From: Bacteroidales bacterium | GTDB lineage: Bacteria; Bacteroidota; Bacteroidia; Bacteroidales; JAAYJT01 | Reading direction: 5' to 3' | NCBI GenBank assembly: GCA_049654165.1 | Contig: JBASHR010000073.1 | Location: 10,390-74,389, forward strand | Length of the DNA: 64,000 nt | In this document: positions 28,567 to 38,585 of the stretch, in pieces | Layout: each line of letters starts with the position of its first letter | Numbering within the stretch: the stretch's first letter is position 1 | Translations under genes and position numbers: made by a program | The notes under the pieces: generated by a model | What the model was told of the DNA's origin: nothing | Seen by the model: the letters and a program-made list of their open reading frames with translations, nothing else | The model's database searches: none

Positions 28567-29908
28567 TTGAATATCTGAGCGACATATATGTTTTATAAAA
28601 ATGACCTGATATTCCACCAATAAAAACAAATACCATTCCTCTAATTGTTATTTTATCCAATCCGCCAATGAATCCGGCAGTAATAAAGATAAAAATGTAT
28701 GAGCTTAGTAACAGCCAGTAATATCTGTTAATATTGCTGGCTAGCTGAGACTTGTTAATTATCTTAAATCGTCTTTTGTTTACCCGATAAACATTATAAA
28801 GATATAACAGATATACTGAAAGTCCTAAGAATCCAAGTGTAAGAAGATAATGAGCATATTGGTTATGAACCCTCCATTTATCAATTGAATGCCGTAAACT
28901 GCTGACACTCAGGGTGCTTTCTGATTTATTACCTATTAATAAATCCTGAGGAGTACTTTTAATTTCATTGAACGCATAAACTATTTCAAACAATCGTATA
29001 TCATTCTCAATAGATTCAAGCCCAACACCTTTAGCCCCACCGCGGGCAATATATCGTTCAATTGCCAGATCCCCCAGATTTGTAATAAGTACCAGAATAA
29101 ACAATACTATAGCTGAGCTAATGGCAATTTTTATTTTTGTTGAGAAACTTGATAACGTACTGAATAAATAGGCGATTAAACCCAACAATACTATAACAAA
29201 GGCAAATCGCTTAAATGACAGAACCATGATAATTATTACAAAACCTAGTACAATGAAAAGAAAATGTCTTAATTGCAATTTAAGTAAGAAGAATAAGGGA
29301 AATAGCAGTACCAGGTATCCAATGTAGGTAAACCCACCTCTGACCCCAATATTCCCAAAGTATAAAAGCCCACCCATTGCTTTAGAGCTCATCCATATTT
29401 CACCAGACGCAAGCTCATAATTTGAATCTATTTTATAGATCGTAAAAATGATGATTGCTAGTACAAATACATAAGTGAACCTTAATGCATTTATAAACAG
29501 ATTTCTTATATTCCCGCGTGTTGCATAATGATGGAATGCAATTGGCAAAATTGAGAATGAGGCGAATACTTTAGTAGTTTCAACAATAGAAGCCTTTAGT
29601 TCTGTGCCATGAAATATTGGTAAAGCAAAAGATATAAAAAGAAATATAAGGTAGTAAGTAAACAGTTTACCCTGGGTTTGTCTTATAGAGTTAAAATTAT
29701 TTAAAATATAAAATACCCCAAACCCAAGCATTATAGTGTATTGCGTAAATATAAAACTTGCCTTTTCGCTGTCAATTATAACATCTGCCAGGTCAAAATA
29801 CAGACAAAAAAGTAAAAAATAATCAACAAATCCAATGTTCTTATCATTTGATAGATAGGGTAATACTAAAAATATTAACCCAAAACCGAAAACAATATAA
29901 TTTATCAT
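28547..29908 (-). CDS. O-antigen polymerase/ligase-like (Wzy-type) polytopic membrane protein
   Basis: 453 aa with about 10-12 hydrophobic helices and one larger loop. It sits next to the flippase inside a glycan locus. Confidence 0.65.
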   Translation of the reverse strand: MINYIVFGFGLIFLVLPYLSNDKNIGFVDYFLLFCLYFDLADVIIDSEKASFIFTQYTIMLGFGVFYILNNFNSIRQTQGKLFTYYLIFLFISFALPIFHGTELKASIVETTKVFASFSILPIAFHHYATRGNIRNLFINALRFTYVFVLAIIIFTIYKIDSNYELASGEIWMSSKAMGGLLYFGNIGVRGGFTYIGYLVLLFPLFFLLKLQLRHFLFIVLGFVIIIMVLSFKRFAFVIVLLGLIAYLFSTLSSFSTKIKIAISSAIVLFILVLITNLGDLAIERYIARGGAKGVGLESIENDIRLFEIVYAFNEIKSTPQDLLIGNKSESTLSVSSLRHSIDKWRVHNQYAHYLLTLGFLGLSVYLLYLYNVYRVNKRRFKIINKSQLASNINRYYWLLLSSYIFIFITAGFIGGLDKITIRGMVFVFIGGISGHFYKTYMSLRYSNAKNNN

Positions 29909-29924
29909 TTATGTATTTTGATAA

Positions 29925-31373
29925 TTATTTAGTAATATATTTTCTCACAGCTCCCTTAATTCTGGTTTTATCTTGTCCTGATAATATACCTGGTAGAAAA
30001 TAGAGAATAAGCAGATAAATAAGTAGTAAGCCCAATCTTATAGTGATATTTAGAATCAGACTATTGTCAATACTTAAAGCAATGTGATTAAATAAAATGA
30101 GTAATATGAAAACTTTGATAAAACTGATATATGGTATTTTGAAGGGAAATGTTTTATTAGCTGCTACTATGTACAATATAAGAATGAGCCCTACAGAAAG
30201 CGTTGTTGCATAAGCAGCACCAATTCTTCCATATAATGGTATCAGCCAGATATTAAAAAAAATATTTGCTATTGAGGATATTACCCAGGTTAAAGTAATT
30301 ATCCAGGTTTTACGGGTAATATGGATAGCTAAAACTATAATTGACGCCAATCCAAGTAACAAGTTTGAAATACCCAGTATAAAGACTATGTTACCACTAC
30401 CATGATAGCTTTTATCTGCCATAATATAGATGAGATCGTTAGCAAAAATTGAAATTGCCAGAACGAAAAACGAAAGACCTAAAAAAAAATACCGGATGAA
30501 ATCAGAAAGGACTGATTTGCATTTATCCGGCTCATTTGACAAATTAAAAATGTAAGGTGAGAAAGCTTTTTTAACTGGTTCGGTAATCAATAATGGTATT
30601 ACTGCCGCAATTTTTGCCCCTAGTGAGAATAGCCCTACATCTGACAGGTTCTGATATTCACTTAAAAAATAACGATTACTCATATTTAATATAAGTGACG
30701 AAAGATTTGAAGGTATCAGAAACACCGAGAATGCAAGCATAGGCCAAAGTTGTTTCAATGAAAAGCGTAAATGAAATTCGTCCCATGTAAGAAAATATAG
30801 GTATATTAACATCACAGAACTTCCTAATATTTTGCCGTAAAGAACGCCGGCTACTCCATATCTTAGAAATACAACAAATATTATAGTGCTGCTTACTGTT
30901 ACCAAAAGGTTTAATAAACTGACCACTACATATTGAACCGACTTGAAACGTAATCTCAGGTTATTATATGGAATATATGTAAGTACCTCGATCATTGTTG
31001 AAATGCAGATAAGCTTCAGAAAGTAACTGCCATTTTCAAAATTTAGAATTAAGCCTGAAGCTCTATCAATATTGCTGAATATTAGAGCTATGAAAATTAT
31101 TGAACACAAAAAATTGAACCCTTGCCCGGTAAAAAATAAGGTCTTTCTGAATTCTTTGTCATCTTTTAAAAAATAAATCCTTGTATAGCCAAGTTCAACT
31201 TTTAAACCGTATAATATGCTAAGTATCGCTGCTACCAGATAAACTAACTCAAGCTGGCCATAATCAGCTGGTTGCAAAACCCTTGTGTAAACCGGGAGCA
31301 ATAGAAAAGATACACTGGTAGTTAGAATACTTCCGATAGTATATACCGAAATATCTTTAAATAACTTTAGCAA
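29925..31373 (-). CDS. wzx: Polysaccharide flippase, MOP/Wzx family
   Basis: 482 aa, about 12-14 TM helices, N-terminus typical of Wzx (LLLPVYTRVLQPADYG). The track start is TTG. Confidence 0.75.
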   Translation of the reverse strand: MLKLFKDISVYTIGSILTTSVSFLLLPVYTRVLQPADYGQLELVYLVAAILSILYGLKVELGYTRIYFLKDDKEFRKTLFFTGQGFNFLCSIIFIALIFSNIDRASGLILNFENGSYFLKLICISTMIEVLTYIPYNNLRLRFKSVQYVVVSLLNLLVTVSSTIIFVVFLRYGVAGVLYGKILGSSVMLIYLYFLTWDEFHLRFSLKQLWPMLAFSVFLIPSNLSSLILNMSNRYFLSEYQNLSDVGLFSLGAKIAAVIPLLITEPVKKAFSPYIFNLSNEPDKCKSVLSDFIRYFFLGLSFFVLAISIFANDLIYIMADKSYHGSGNIVFILGISNLLLGLASIIVLAIHITRKTWIITLTWVISSIANIFFNIWLIPLYGRIGAAYATTLSVGLILILYIVAANKTFPFKIPYISFIKVFILLILFNHIALSIDNSLILNITIRLGLLLIYLLILYFLPGILSGQDKTRIKGAVRKYITK

Positions 31374-31392
31374 TGCTGATTAATAGGTTGGT

Positions 31393-31950
31393 TTATTTTC
31401 TTGAGAAAACAGTTTTCACAGGTTTGTAGCCAATTTTGCGTACTATCTTTTCCAGATGAGGCATGAAACACATTATTATCATATATACATAGCGGTAGTC
31501 CGTATTCTGTTTTAACCAATCAAGCATCTGATAATTCATAGTTTTGTGCAATCCCTGTTTTCTGTATTGAGGGGCTGTATAACTATCAAGGGTCAGTAAT
31601 TCATCCGGTTTTAGCAGGATTTGTTGTTTCATTACCACGCTGTAAAATTGGTTCTTGCAAACCCAGCGCGTATAGGCAAACCTTTTGTTTAGCTTGTCGA
31701 AATAGGCGAAACATTGATAATTACCTTCGGTATAGCGATTTCTTATAATATTGATTTTTTCCGGATTATTTTCATAAAGCATTTCGTGTAAATTCACTGT
31801 ACCTGAATCAGCTATCATAAACTCAAATCTTTCCGGATTGGGGTCATAGCTTTCGATTTTTGCTTTTTGAAGATCTAATTTGTACAAACGACTACAATTA
31901 AAAACAGATCTGAAATATTTATTGTAGAACTTTATGAATAAAGTTTTCAT
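31393..31950 (-). CDS. Small GNAT-like acyltransferase (tentative)
   Basis: 185 aa. APQYRKQGLHKTM resembles the GNAT motif A (Q/R-x-x-G-x-G/A) acyl-CoA-binding loop. It overlaps the upstream gene by 4 bp. Confidence 0.45.
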   Translation of the reverse strand: MKTLFIKFYNKYFRSVFNCSRLYKLDLQKAKIESYDPNPERFEFMIADSGTVNLHEMLYENNPEKINIIRNRYTEGNYQCFAYFDKLNKRFAYTRWVCKNQFYSVVMKQQILLKPDELLTLDSYTAPQYRKQGLHKTMNYQMLDWLKQNTDYRYVYMIIMCFMPHLEKIVRKIGYKPVKTVFSRK

Positions 31951-33017
31951 TTATTGAGGAAAATAGCCTTTATATTTAGCATTGACTTATGAATAAATGT
32001 GCGTGGCTTTTTTATATGTAGCTGATAAAGTATGTTAAAATCAGAAGTCCATTCAAATTTCCATGGATAACGCCCGGTGCCGGTATCCATAACACTGAAT
32101 AAATCTTTTTCTTTAGCCAATTTTAGCATTTCGTAATACATAACCCTTCCTAAAGCAAATTCAGAATATGAAGGATCGAAAGCAGTATTAACAGAATAGT
32201 AAATATTATCTTTTATGAAACCCCAGTTGTAAATTAAGGTTTTATTTTCCTCTTTCGAAACTAAAGAAAAGGAGGTAATCTTATTTAATGATATCAATTC
32301 TTTTATGAAGGCCACCTTATTCTCATCCTCAAATAGAGAATGACGGTGAAACCTCCCTTTATCTTGCAGAAAATCCCTCTCTTTTTTATGAATTTTACTA
32401 AATAGTTCAATATCAGTGCTATTCAGCTCTATTTCATAATTAATTTTGTTCCTTAATCTACTAACATATTGTTTAGCCTTTGACGGTGCATTTATTTTAC
32501 TGAATGAATCAAATGAATCATATACGCTAAGGTTTATATAAGGATTTTCAATGAGATAAGTGAAATGCTTATTGTATTTCGATTTGAAAAGGAAATTGGA
32601 TAAGGGTGATTTGTAATTAATATGAGATAAATACAAGTAATCCCAGGATGATCCATTATCTTCGATGATAGAAAAAATATCCTTGAAAATTGAATCGGGG
32701 TTAATGTTTAGATCTCTGTTTATCAGAATGTCATGATAATCACCGTCGGCAATAAAACGTAGGACGTCAATTTTCAAACCTAATCTGTAATTACTTTTTT
32801 CTATTATGAATGGGGCAATCCCTGCAATTTTGTTATTATGAACTATACATAGTATCCATAAACTTAGGTTTTTATGAGCCTGATAAATCTTCCACCAACT
32901 AAAGCAATAATCAAATGTTGAAAATATAGTAACATCAGGTGATTGGGTTTCAAGTTGTTGCCAATCCTCTTTTAATTCCAGAAAACCTTCTGTAGTGGTG
33001 ATTATCCTGTAATCCAT
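31947..33017 (-). CDS. FemAB-like/BioF2-like GNAT acyltransferase (Acetyltransf_6-type, CelD-like)
   Basis: 356 aa. The length and the C-terminal region (MYYEMLKLAKEKDLFSVMDTGTGRYPWKFEW) resemble this family. This is the second such gene in the island. Confidence 0.6.
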   Translation of the reverse strand: MDYRIITTTEGFLELKEDWQQLETQSPDVTIFSTFDYCFSWWKIYQAHKNLSLWILCIVHNNKIAGIAPFIIEKSNYRLGLKIDVLRFIADGDYHDILINRDLNINPDSIFKDIFSIIEDNGSSWDYLYLSHINYKSPLSNFLFKSKYNKHFTYLIENPYINLSVYDSFDSFSKINAPSKAKQYVSRLRNKINYEIELNSTDIELFSKIHKKERDFLQDKGRFHRHSLFEDENKVAFIKELISLNKITSFSLVSKEENKTLIYNWGFIKDNIYYSVNTAFDPSYSEFALGRVMYYEMLKLAKEKDLFSVMDTGTGRYPWKFEWTSDFNILYQLHIKKPRTFIHKSMLNIKAIFLNK

Positions 33018-33021
33018 TGTT

Positions 33022-34146
33022 TTATTGCATTTCGTATGAACCTGAATTTATCCCGTTAAAGATCCAGTATTCATTTTTGCGCATTCCGTATAATTTAGTT
33101 CCTTTGTTTTTATCAATGAGAACTTGTGAGCTACACTTTAAACTTAGTCTATTGTTGGGGGGTAATGAGGTAGTTACTGTGAAATTATTTCCATTCAGTT
33201 GAATTCTTGTATTTTCTTTAGCGATAAAGTAAGATGCAATTTCTGAACAGGTAGCATACCAAATATCCAAACCCCGTAGTACACCAAATAAATTGTCAAT
33301 TGACCAGATATCATCGAAAATATTGATTGGTTGACGGGTGCCTTTAGTAGTCTGATTCTGAAAATGTTCCTGGATAGTAATAGGAATCCCATTTTCATAA
33401 AAATATCGTATCAGATCTATAGGATGCGATAATATGTTAAATTTCAGTAAATTGGAAAGCATCCTTCTTCTTGAATTTCTCCAGTAGAAATTCTTAAAAA
33501 CATTCCCGGTAATATTCGTTGGTATTTCTACAATATTAAGTTCTGAATTAAACAGAGGCAAGTTTTTATTGCTTTTTTTATTCAGCATATCTTTATTTAG
33601 AGCCCACCAGTTATATTTGGCATCTTTAATAAAACCTAAAGCTATATCGTTATATTTGTAACCTGGAAATTTGCCACCATTGAAAACTATACCTGTTGAA
33701 CTTGAGAAATCGCTCAGTCTTTGTTTGACTTCCTGTATTTCAGTACTTGTTATATTGCTAAACTCGTGGACGATACGATTCTCTGCATCTTCCCAGGCAT
33801 GTTTTATTCCATGAAATGCAAACTCAAATCTTGAATTGATCCTTTTAAGAAATTCGAGGAATGCCTGATCAAAACCACTTTTGAGTACTTTGTACCCTTG
33901 GTTTTCCGGTATATATAAATGAGAATCAACTGGTAAAAAAATAGTTCCCTTTATTTCCGGATATTTACTCAGTAAAAACTCAGTGAGATAATCATATAAA
34001 GACCCTGGTTTGTCAGTCAGATACCCCCAGTCATTGCACGATTTGAATTCTCCATCCTTACTTATTGCCACCGGAACCAAATCATCAATCATCAATGAAC
34101 ATGCTGTTTGATGATCATTATAATAGTTACAAATTTCTACCTTCAT
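33022..34146 (-). CDS. Uncharacterised protein with NodB/DUF2334-like motifs (putative polysaccharide deacetylase-fold protein)
   Basis: 374 aa. SLMIDDL (DD motif) and FHGIKH (HxxxH motif), spaced similarly to the other NodB-like proteins in the locus. Confidence 0.4.
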   Translation of the reverse strand: MKVEICNYYNDHQTACSLMIDDLVPVAISKDGEFKSCNDWGYLTDKPGSLYDYLTEFLLSKYPEIKGTIFLPVDSHLYIPENQGYKVLKSGFDQAFLEFLKRINSRFEFAFHGIKHAWEDAENRIVHEFSNITSTEIQEVKQRLSDFSSSTGIVFNGGKFPGYKYNDIALGFIKDAKYNWWALNKDMLNKKSNKNLPLFNSELNIVEIPTNITGNVFKNFYWRNSRRRMLSNLLKFNILSHPIDLIRYFYENGIPITIQEHFQNQTTKGTRQPINIFDDIWSIDNLFGVLRGLDIWYATCSEIASYFIAKENTRIQLNGNNFTVTTSLPPNNRLSLKCSSQVLIDKNKGTKLYGMRKNEYWIFNGINSGSYEMQ

Positions 34147-34148
34147 TA

Positions 34149-35339
34149 TTATTCAATTAATGATAGAACTTTATCAAATTCATAAGAATTTCTTTTGAAA
34201 TTCATTTGTAAATATTCTGAAATTGCTTTTTCTATTTCCGGATTCTCAAAAAGCAATAAAATGCTTTCAGCAAGTGCATTAGCACTGATTTCTTTTGAAA
34301 TTATGCCGTCCTTCATATGAGTAACATGCTCATTTGCAGTGTTAAAGCTGGTGATAATTACTGGCTTAAACAATGCTTTTGCTTCTTTAACAGCATTTGA
34401 CTTGCCTTCGTATCTTGATGGCTGAACATAAATATCACTTTGTTTTAAGAAAGGGTAGGGGTTAGGGACCGGTTCCATGAAACAAATAAATTCTTCTATT
34501 TTGTATTCGTCAATCATTTTCAGATATTTCGTTTTATCTCCTCTGCCGAAGATGTACCACCTAAAATTTGATTTTCCTTTGTTTCTAAGAATGTTGACTG
34601 ATTCAATGATCAGATCAATTCCTTTTGTATCATCAAGTCTTGCTAATGTTGTGAGCCTTTTACCTTTAAAATTATCCAGAAATCCGTCATGCTGTTCTGC
34701 CAATTTATGCAGTTGTTCCGGAATAACAATAGTGTCAACATAAAGGAATCTGTCCTTGATATCCGGAAATACTTCACATAAATAATTATGATTTATCAAT
34801 GAGTTTGTTACTATATAATTTAATAGTTTGAAATACTTACCGTCAAATCCGGCTCTGTCAATTAACACCCTGTAATCTGTAGGAATCCTTCCTATTTTTA
34901 TTCCGGCGTTTACAAATTTTGCCAAATAATAGTTTGAAGTGCCTTCAATCAGGGACATTGCCAGATCATAATTTTCATCATCTTTTTTAATAAATAATTC
35001 AGTTAAAGCCCAGTTTACTTCATCTTTTTTACCTGTAATAGTCTTTATTATTTTTGATAAAATTCTGATTATCAACTTAATCGCTTTCCAAAATATTATG
35101 TTTAGTCTGTTTTTGTCTTTCTCATTATTAAATAATGATTCTGGTCGAGCATATTTTATTTTAACGTCAGTGGGGACTTCTTTTTCCAATTGACCTCCTT
35201 TATGAATTTGTATCAGAGTGACATTGAATTTATTACGATCAATTAATGAGCAAAGATTTAAAAAATCCCTTGAGGGCCCACCCTGATTCATCTGGCCAGT
35301 TATGAAAACAATATCTTTTTTAAGCTCTTTTTCCTGCAT
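34149..35339 (-). CDS. Glycosyltransferase, GT4 family
   Basis: C-terminus (PSRYEGKSNAVKEAKALFKPVIIT) is typical of GT4. I prefer the ATG at 35339 over the track's TTG at 35354. Confidence 0.75.
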   Translation of the reverse strand: MQEKELKKDIVFITGQMNQGGPSRDFLNLCSLIDRNKFNVTLIQIHKGGQLEKEVPTDVKIKYARPESLFNNEKDKNRLNIIFWKAIKLIIRILSKIIKTITGKKDEVNWALTELFIKKDDENYDLAMSLIEGTSNYYLAKFVNAGIKIGRIPTDYRVLIDRAGFDGKYFKLLNYIVTNSLINHNYLCEVFPDIKDRFLYVDTIVIPEQLHKLAEQHDGFLDNFKGKRLTTLARLDDTKGIDLIIESVNILRNKGKSNFRWYIFGRGDKTKYLKMIDEYKIEEFICFMEPVPNPYPFLKQSDIYVQPSRYEGKSNAVKEAKALFKPVIITSFNTANEHVTHMKDGIISKEISANALAESILLLFENPEIEKAISEYLQMNFKRNSYEFDKVLSLIE

Positions 35340-35528
35340 TATGATTTTTAACAACTTATGGCACTAACTCGGAGCGCTTAAGTGCAACATTTATTCTACT
35401 TGATCAAAAACCTGATTTTTGGGATTTTTTGGTCCTTTTAACACCACGAGTAGTTTCTTTTTACATTTAGCCACAATTCATATTTATTCCAACTGTTTGA
35501 ATCACAGATATATGCTTCAGTTGTTAAA

Positions 35529-36707
35529 CTAAAATCCATTCCAGACTGTTCGTTTAATATAATCTGTATAGCTTAAAATAATTCGAACCACTTTGTCACT
35601 GACATTTGGAATATTGTAATCTTCAGCCAACCTGAAATTTCGTTTTTGATTATCCATGCCTGCATGCTGATATTGCAACTGCACTAACCCCTGCATTATG
35701 CGTTCAGGGTTAAGTCCTGTCATCATCACTGATGCTTCTTCCATTGCCTCCGGTCTTTCGTGCGCTTCGCGTATATTCAATGCTCTGAAATTCATGATAG
35801 AAGATTCTTCACTAATTGTACCGCTATCGGAAAGTACAGCAAAAGCATTGATCTGAAGGGCATTGTAATCACTGAATCCAAGAGGTTTCATCCATTCTAT
35901 AAGTGGATGAATAGTAATTGACGATTGATTCCCGCTTTCTGTTTCCGGATGGGCAAATTGATCCAGTCTTTTACGGGTTCTTGGGTGAGTACTTACTATG
36001 ATGGGGTAACCATACTTATCGGCAATTAGGTTCAAAGAGTTTATTAAGCCAAAAAAGTTTTTATCGTTATTGATATTCTCCTCGCGATGAGCTGACACAA
36101 CGAAATACTTGTCTTTTTGAAGATTAAGTCGTGAGAGTATATCTGAAGATTTAATTTTTGGCATATAATGGTTCAAAACTTCAAACATAGGGCTGCCTGT
36201 TTTAATGATACGATCCGGCGGTAATCCTTCCTGCAGAAGATATTCTCTGGCTATACTGCTATATGTTAAATTTATATCAGCAATATGATCTACTATTTTA
36301 CGGTTGGTTTCTTCAGGTACACGCTGGTCAAAACAACGGTTCCCGGCTTCCATGTGGAAAATGGGTATATGACGTTTTTTTGCCGGTATTGCACAAAGAC
36401 AACTGTTTGTATCGCCAAGAACCAAAAAGGCATCCGGCTTTTCTTTCTCCAGTATTGGATCTATTTTTATTATTACCTGTCCGATAGTCTCAGAGGCATT
36501 AGCACCTGCAGCATTCAGGAAATAATCGGGTTTGCGGATTCCAAGATCTTCATAAAAAACCTGGTTTAATTCATAATCATAGTTCTGACCGGTGTGAACT
36601 GTAATATGATGTATGGCTTCAGACTCATCAAGTTTAGCCATCACCCTCGAAAGTCGTATTATTTCCGGGCGTGTGCCCACAACGGTAATAAGTTTGAGCT
36701 TTTTCAT
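35529..36707 (-). CDS. fnlC: UDP-N-acetylglucosamine 2-epimerase, non-hydrolysing (FnlC/Cap5G/WbjD type)
   Basis: VVGTRPEIIRLS N-terminus, and HTGQNYD, LGDTNS, EAGNRCFD motifs. I prefer the ATG at 36707 over the track's TTG at 36737. Confidence 0.85.
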   Translation of the reverse strand: MKKLKLITVVGTRPEIIRLSRVMAKLDESEAIHHITVHTGQNYDYELNQVFYEDLGIRKPDYFLNAAGANASETIGQVIIKIDPILEKEKPDAFLVLGDTNSCLCAIPAKKRHIPIFHMEAGNRCFDQRVPEETNRKIVDHIADINLTYSSIAREYLLQEGLPPDRIIKTGSPMFEVLNHYMPKIKSSDILSRLNLQKDKYFVVSAHREENINNDKNFFGLINSLNLIADKYGYPIIVSTHPRTRKRLDQFAHPETESGNQSSITIHPLIEWMKPLGFSDYNALQINAFAVLSDSGTISEESSIMNFRALNIREAHERPEAMEEASVMMTGLNPERIMQGLVQLQYQHAGMDNQKRNFRLAEDYNIPNVSDKVVRIILSYTDYIKRTVWNGF

Positions 36708-36879
36708 TATGTTGATTTGTTTTTTGTTTGGAGACAAACTTCAGTTATAATATTAATGAGCTTAATGGTTTAAACAGGTTTATAAAAGTGGTGTTCTGAT
36801 CAATAGAAGAGAGAAGCAAGGTTTTGATACGCACTAGGGATTTTTATGGAATAAATCATAGTGATTTTCGACTTCAAAC

Positions 36880-38019
36880 CTAAACAACCTCAAAAAAGGT
36901 ATCTGCATCCATTGCATCAAAATGCTCATTTATCCAGAATATGGTATAAACATCCTCATCTCCGATATTAGTTATATTGTGGGTAAACCATATAGGCATA
37001 TCAACAAATGAAGGTTGGCTGCCATCAAGTTCAAAGCTAAGAATCTTGTAGGTTCCTATACGCCTGAGCTCAATTCTTGCTTTACCTCTGATCACTGCAA
37101 ACCTCTCGGCTTTTCGGGTATGAAAGTGATTGCCTCGGGTAATACCCGGTTTTGTAGTTGAAAAAGATACCTGACCTCCGCTGTTTAATTTGATGGTTTC
37201 TACAAAAACACCACGATTATCAGTATGGAACTTCAGATTAAACGGGAAAAATGAAGAATGATCAATATAACATACAAAAGTGTTAAAAAGATTGCGATTG
37301 AATGGATTTGACAGATCAGGCATAATACCGTTCTCAAAATACAGCTCTTTATACTCAGTTAATTGTTTTAAGAGGTTTGAAACACTTGTTTCTGCAGTAT
37401 GACTAACAAATATTTCATCAGCAATGCCGGAATGATCAATTCTATCTGACATTGCTCTGATATGTTCAATAATTTCATTTACAAGCTCACCTACATATAT
37501 TAATTTCAGATTTCCATCTACATCAATTTTGGGAGTTTCGTTATGACTAAGCTGATAGCAAAAAGTAGCAACTACTGAATTGTAAAATGGCAATCCAAAA
37601 GGGCCGAATACGTTCGGGATTATGAGTCCGGTAAAAATTCCATTATTATTTAAAGCCCAGTCATTTAATAGTTTACGGCCATCTCTTTTTGATTTTCCGT
37701 ATAAATTATCGCGTTCTTCCTGTGTTGAGGATGAGAAAATAATATGGGGTCTGGCTTTTGTGTTTTCGCATGCTGCAATTAGTTGCTTAACAAGCCTTAT
37801 GTTGGTTTCATAGATAATTTCGGGGCTCTCATGCCTGTTCATCGCCGCTAGATGAACGATTGAATCGCAGCTTTTTACAAATTCATTCAGTTTGTTTTCA
37901 TCGTCGAAGAAATTATCCTCAAAAGGAATGCGTTTGAATTCCTCAGGGAACAATCCAAGAGTATTATATAAATGAGTGCCAATAAAGCCGGCCTGGCCGG
38001 TGATTCCTACTTTTATCAT
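36880..38019 (-). CDS. fnlB: Cap5F/FnlB-type reductase: SDR Rossmann domain plus a C-terminal cupin domain
   Basis: 379 aa. GITGQAGFIGTHL N-terminus and a C-terminal cupin (RGNHFHTRKAERFAVIRGKA). It lies between fnlA and fnlC. Confidence 0.8.
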   Translation of the reverse strand: MIKVGITGQAGFIGTHLYNTLGLFPEEFKRIPFEDNFFDDENKLNEFVKSCDSIVHLAAMNRHESPEIIYETNIRLVKQLIAACENTKARPHIIFSSSTQEERDNLYGKSKRDGRKLLNDWALNNNGIFTGLIIPNVFGPFGLPFYNSVVATFCYQLSHNETPKIDVDGNLKLIYVGELVNEIIEHIRAMSDRIDHSGIADEIFVSHTAETSVSNLLKQLTEYKELYFENGIMPDLSNPFNRNLFNTFVCYIDHSSFFPFNLKFHTDNRGVFVETIKLNSGGQVSFSTTKPGITRGNHFHTRKAERFAVIRGKARIELRRIGTYKILSFELDGSQPSFVDMPIWFTHNITNIGDEDVYTIFWINEHFDAMDADTFFEVV

Positions 38020-38074
38020 TTATTTTGTTTGTATAATTAAGATGAGGCTTTAGTAAATGTTCACGGAATATTGG

Positions 38075-38521
38075 CTATTGCTCTAATAACCAATAATCTT
38101 GCGGAAAGCGATAATCATCATTTTTTGACTCTTCCAGGCTCATACTTGAAAAACTTATCAAAATTGAATCCGGCTCAAGTGCTTTAAGCCCGTTTGCATT
38201 ACCAGCCGGGATAATTAGAATTTCACTTTTTTGATCTGACAGGATATGCTTGTTTTTCTTCAAATTTTTCGAGGGATTATCCCAATCATCTATTTTGATC
38301 CAGTTAATAAGGAAACTTCCTTTGGAAACATAAAAGTATTTTGTTTCAATTTTATGTCCCTGCCAGGCTCTGATAATACTGGTGTCAGCATGTTTTATTG
38401 AGTAGAATCGTTTAATCCCTTCAAATTTAAAATCATTGACAAAACGAAGGCTTCCACGATGATCAGTGTAAGAATTACCTTTAATTATATTATCATTTTC
38501 CATCACTGGTATTATAAGCAT
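38075..38521 (-). CDS. WxcM/FdtA-like cupin (sugar 3,4-ketoisomerase family)
   Basis: 148 aa. The YTDHRGSLRF motif (H-x-D-x-RG), FKFEGIKRFY and AWQGH are typical of the FdtA/WxcM N-terminal domain. Confidence 0.65.
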   Translation of the reverse strand: MLIIPVMENDNIIKGNSYTDHRGSLRFVNDFKFEGIKRFYSIKHADTSIIRAWQGHKIETKYFYVSKGSFLINWIKIDDWDNPSKNLKKNKHILSDQKSEILIIPAGNANGLKALEPDSILISFSSMSLEESKNDDYRFPQDYWLLEQ

Positions 38522-38585
38522 GATTAAATATATTTCTTCTGATCATTTGGCATTTTAGGATATTGCCATAAATCATGAATAATTG

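Noticed and set aside
28567-28629. Track-extended N-termini that start at TTG or an early codon: 27346-28629, 59661-59711, 40449-40529, 51629-51634, 35340-35354 and 36708-36737.
   Set aside because: The extensions overlap the upstream gene or contain the predicted -7 promoter box, and they add non-conserved residues. A downstream ATG gives a canonical N-terminus or signal peptide.
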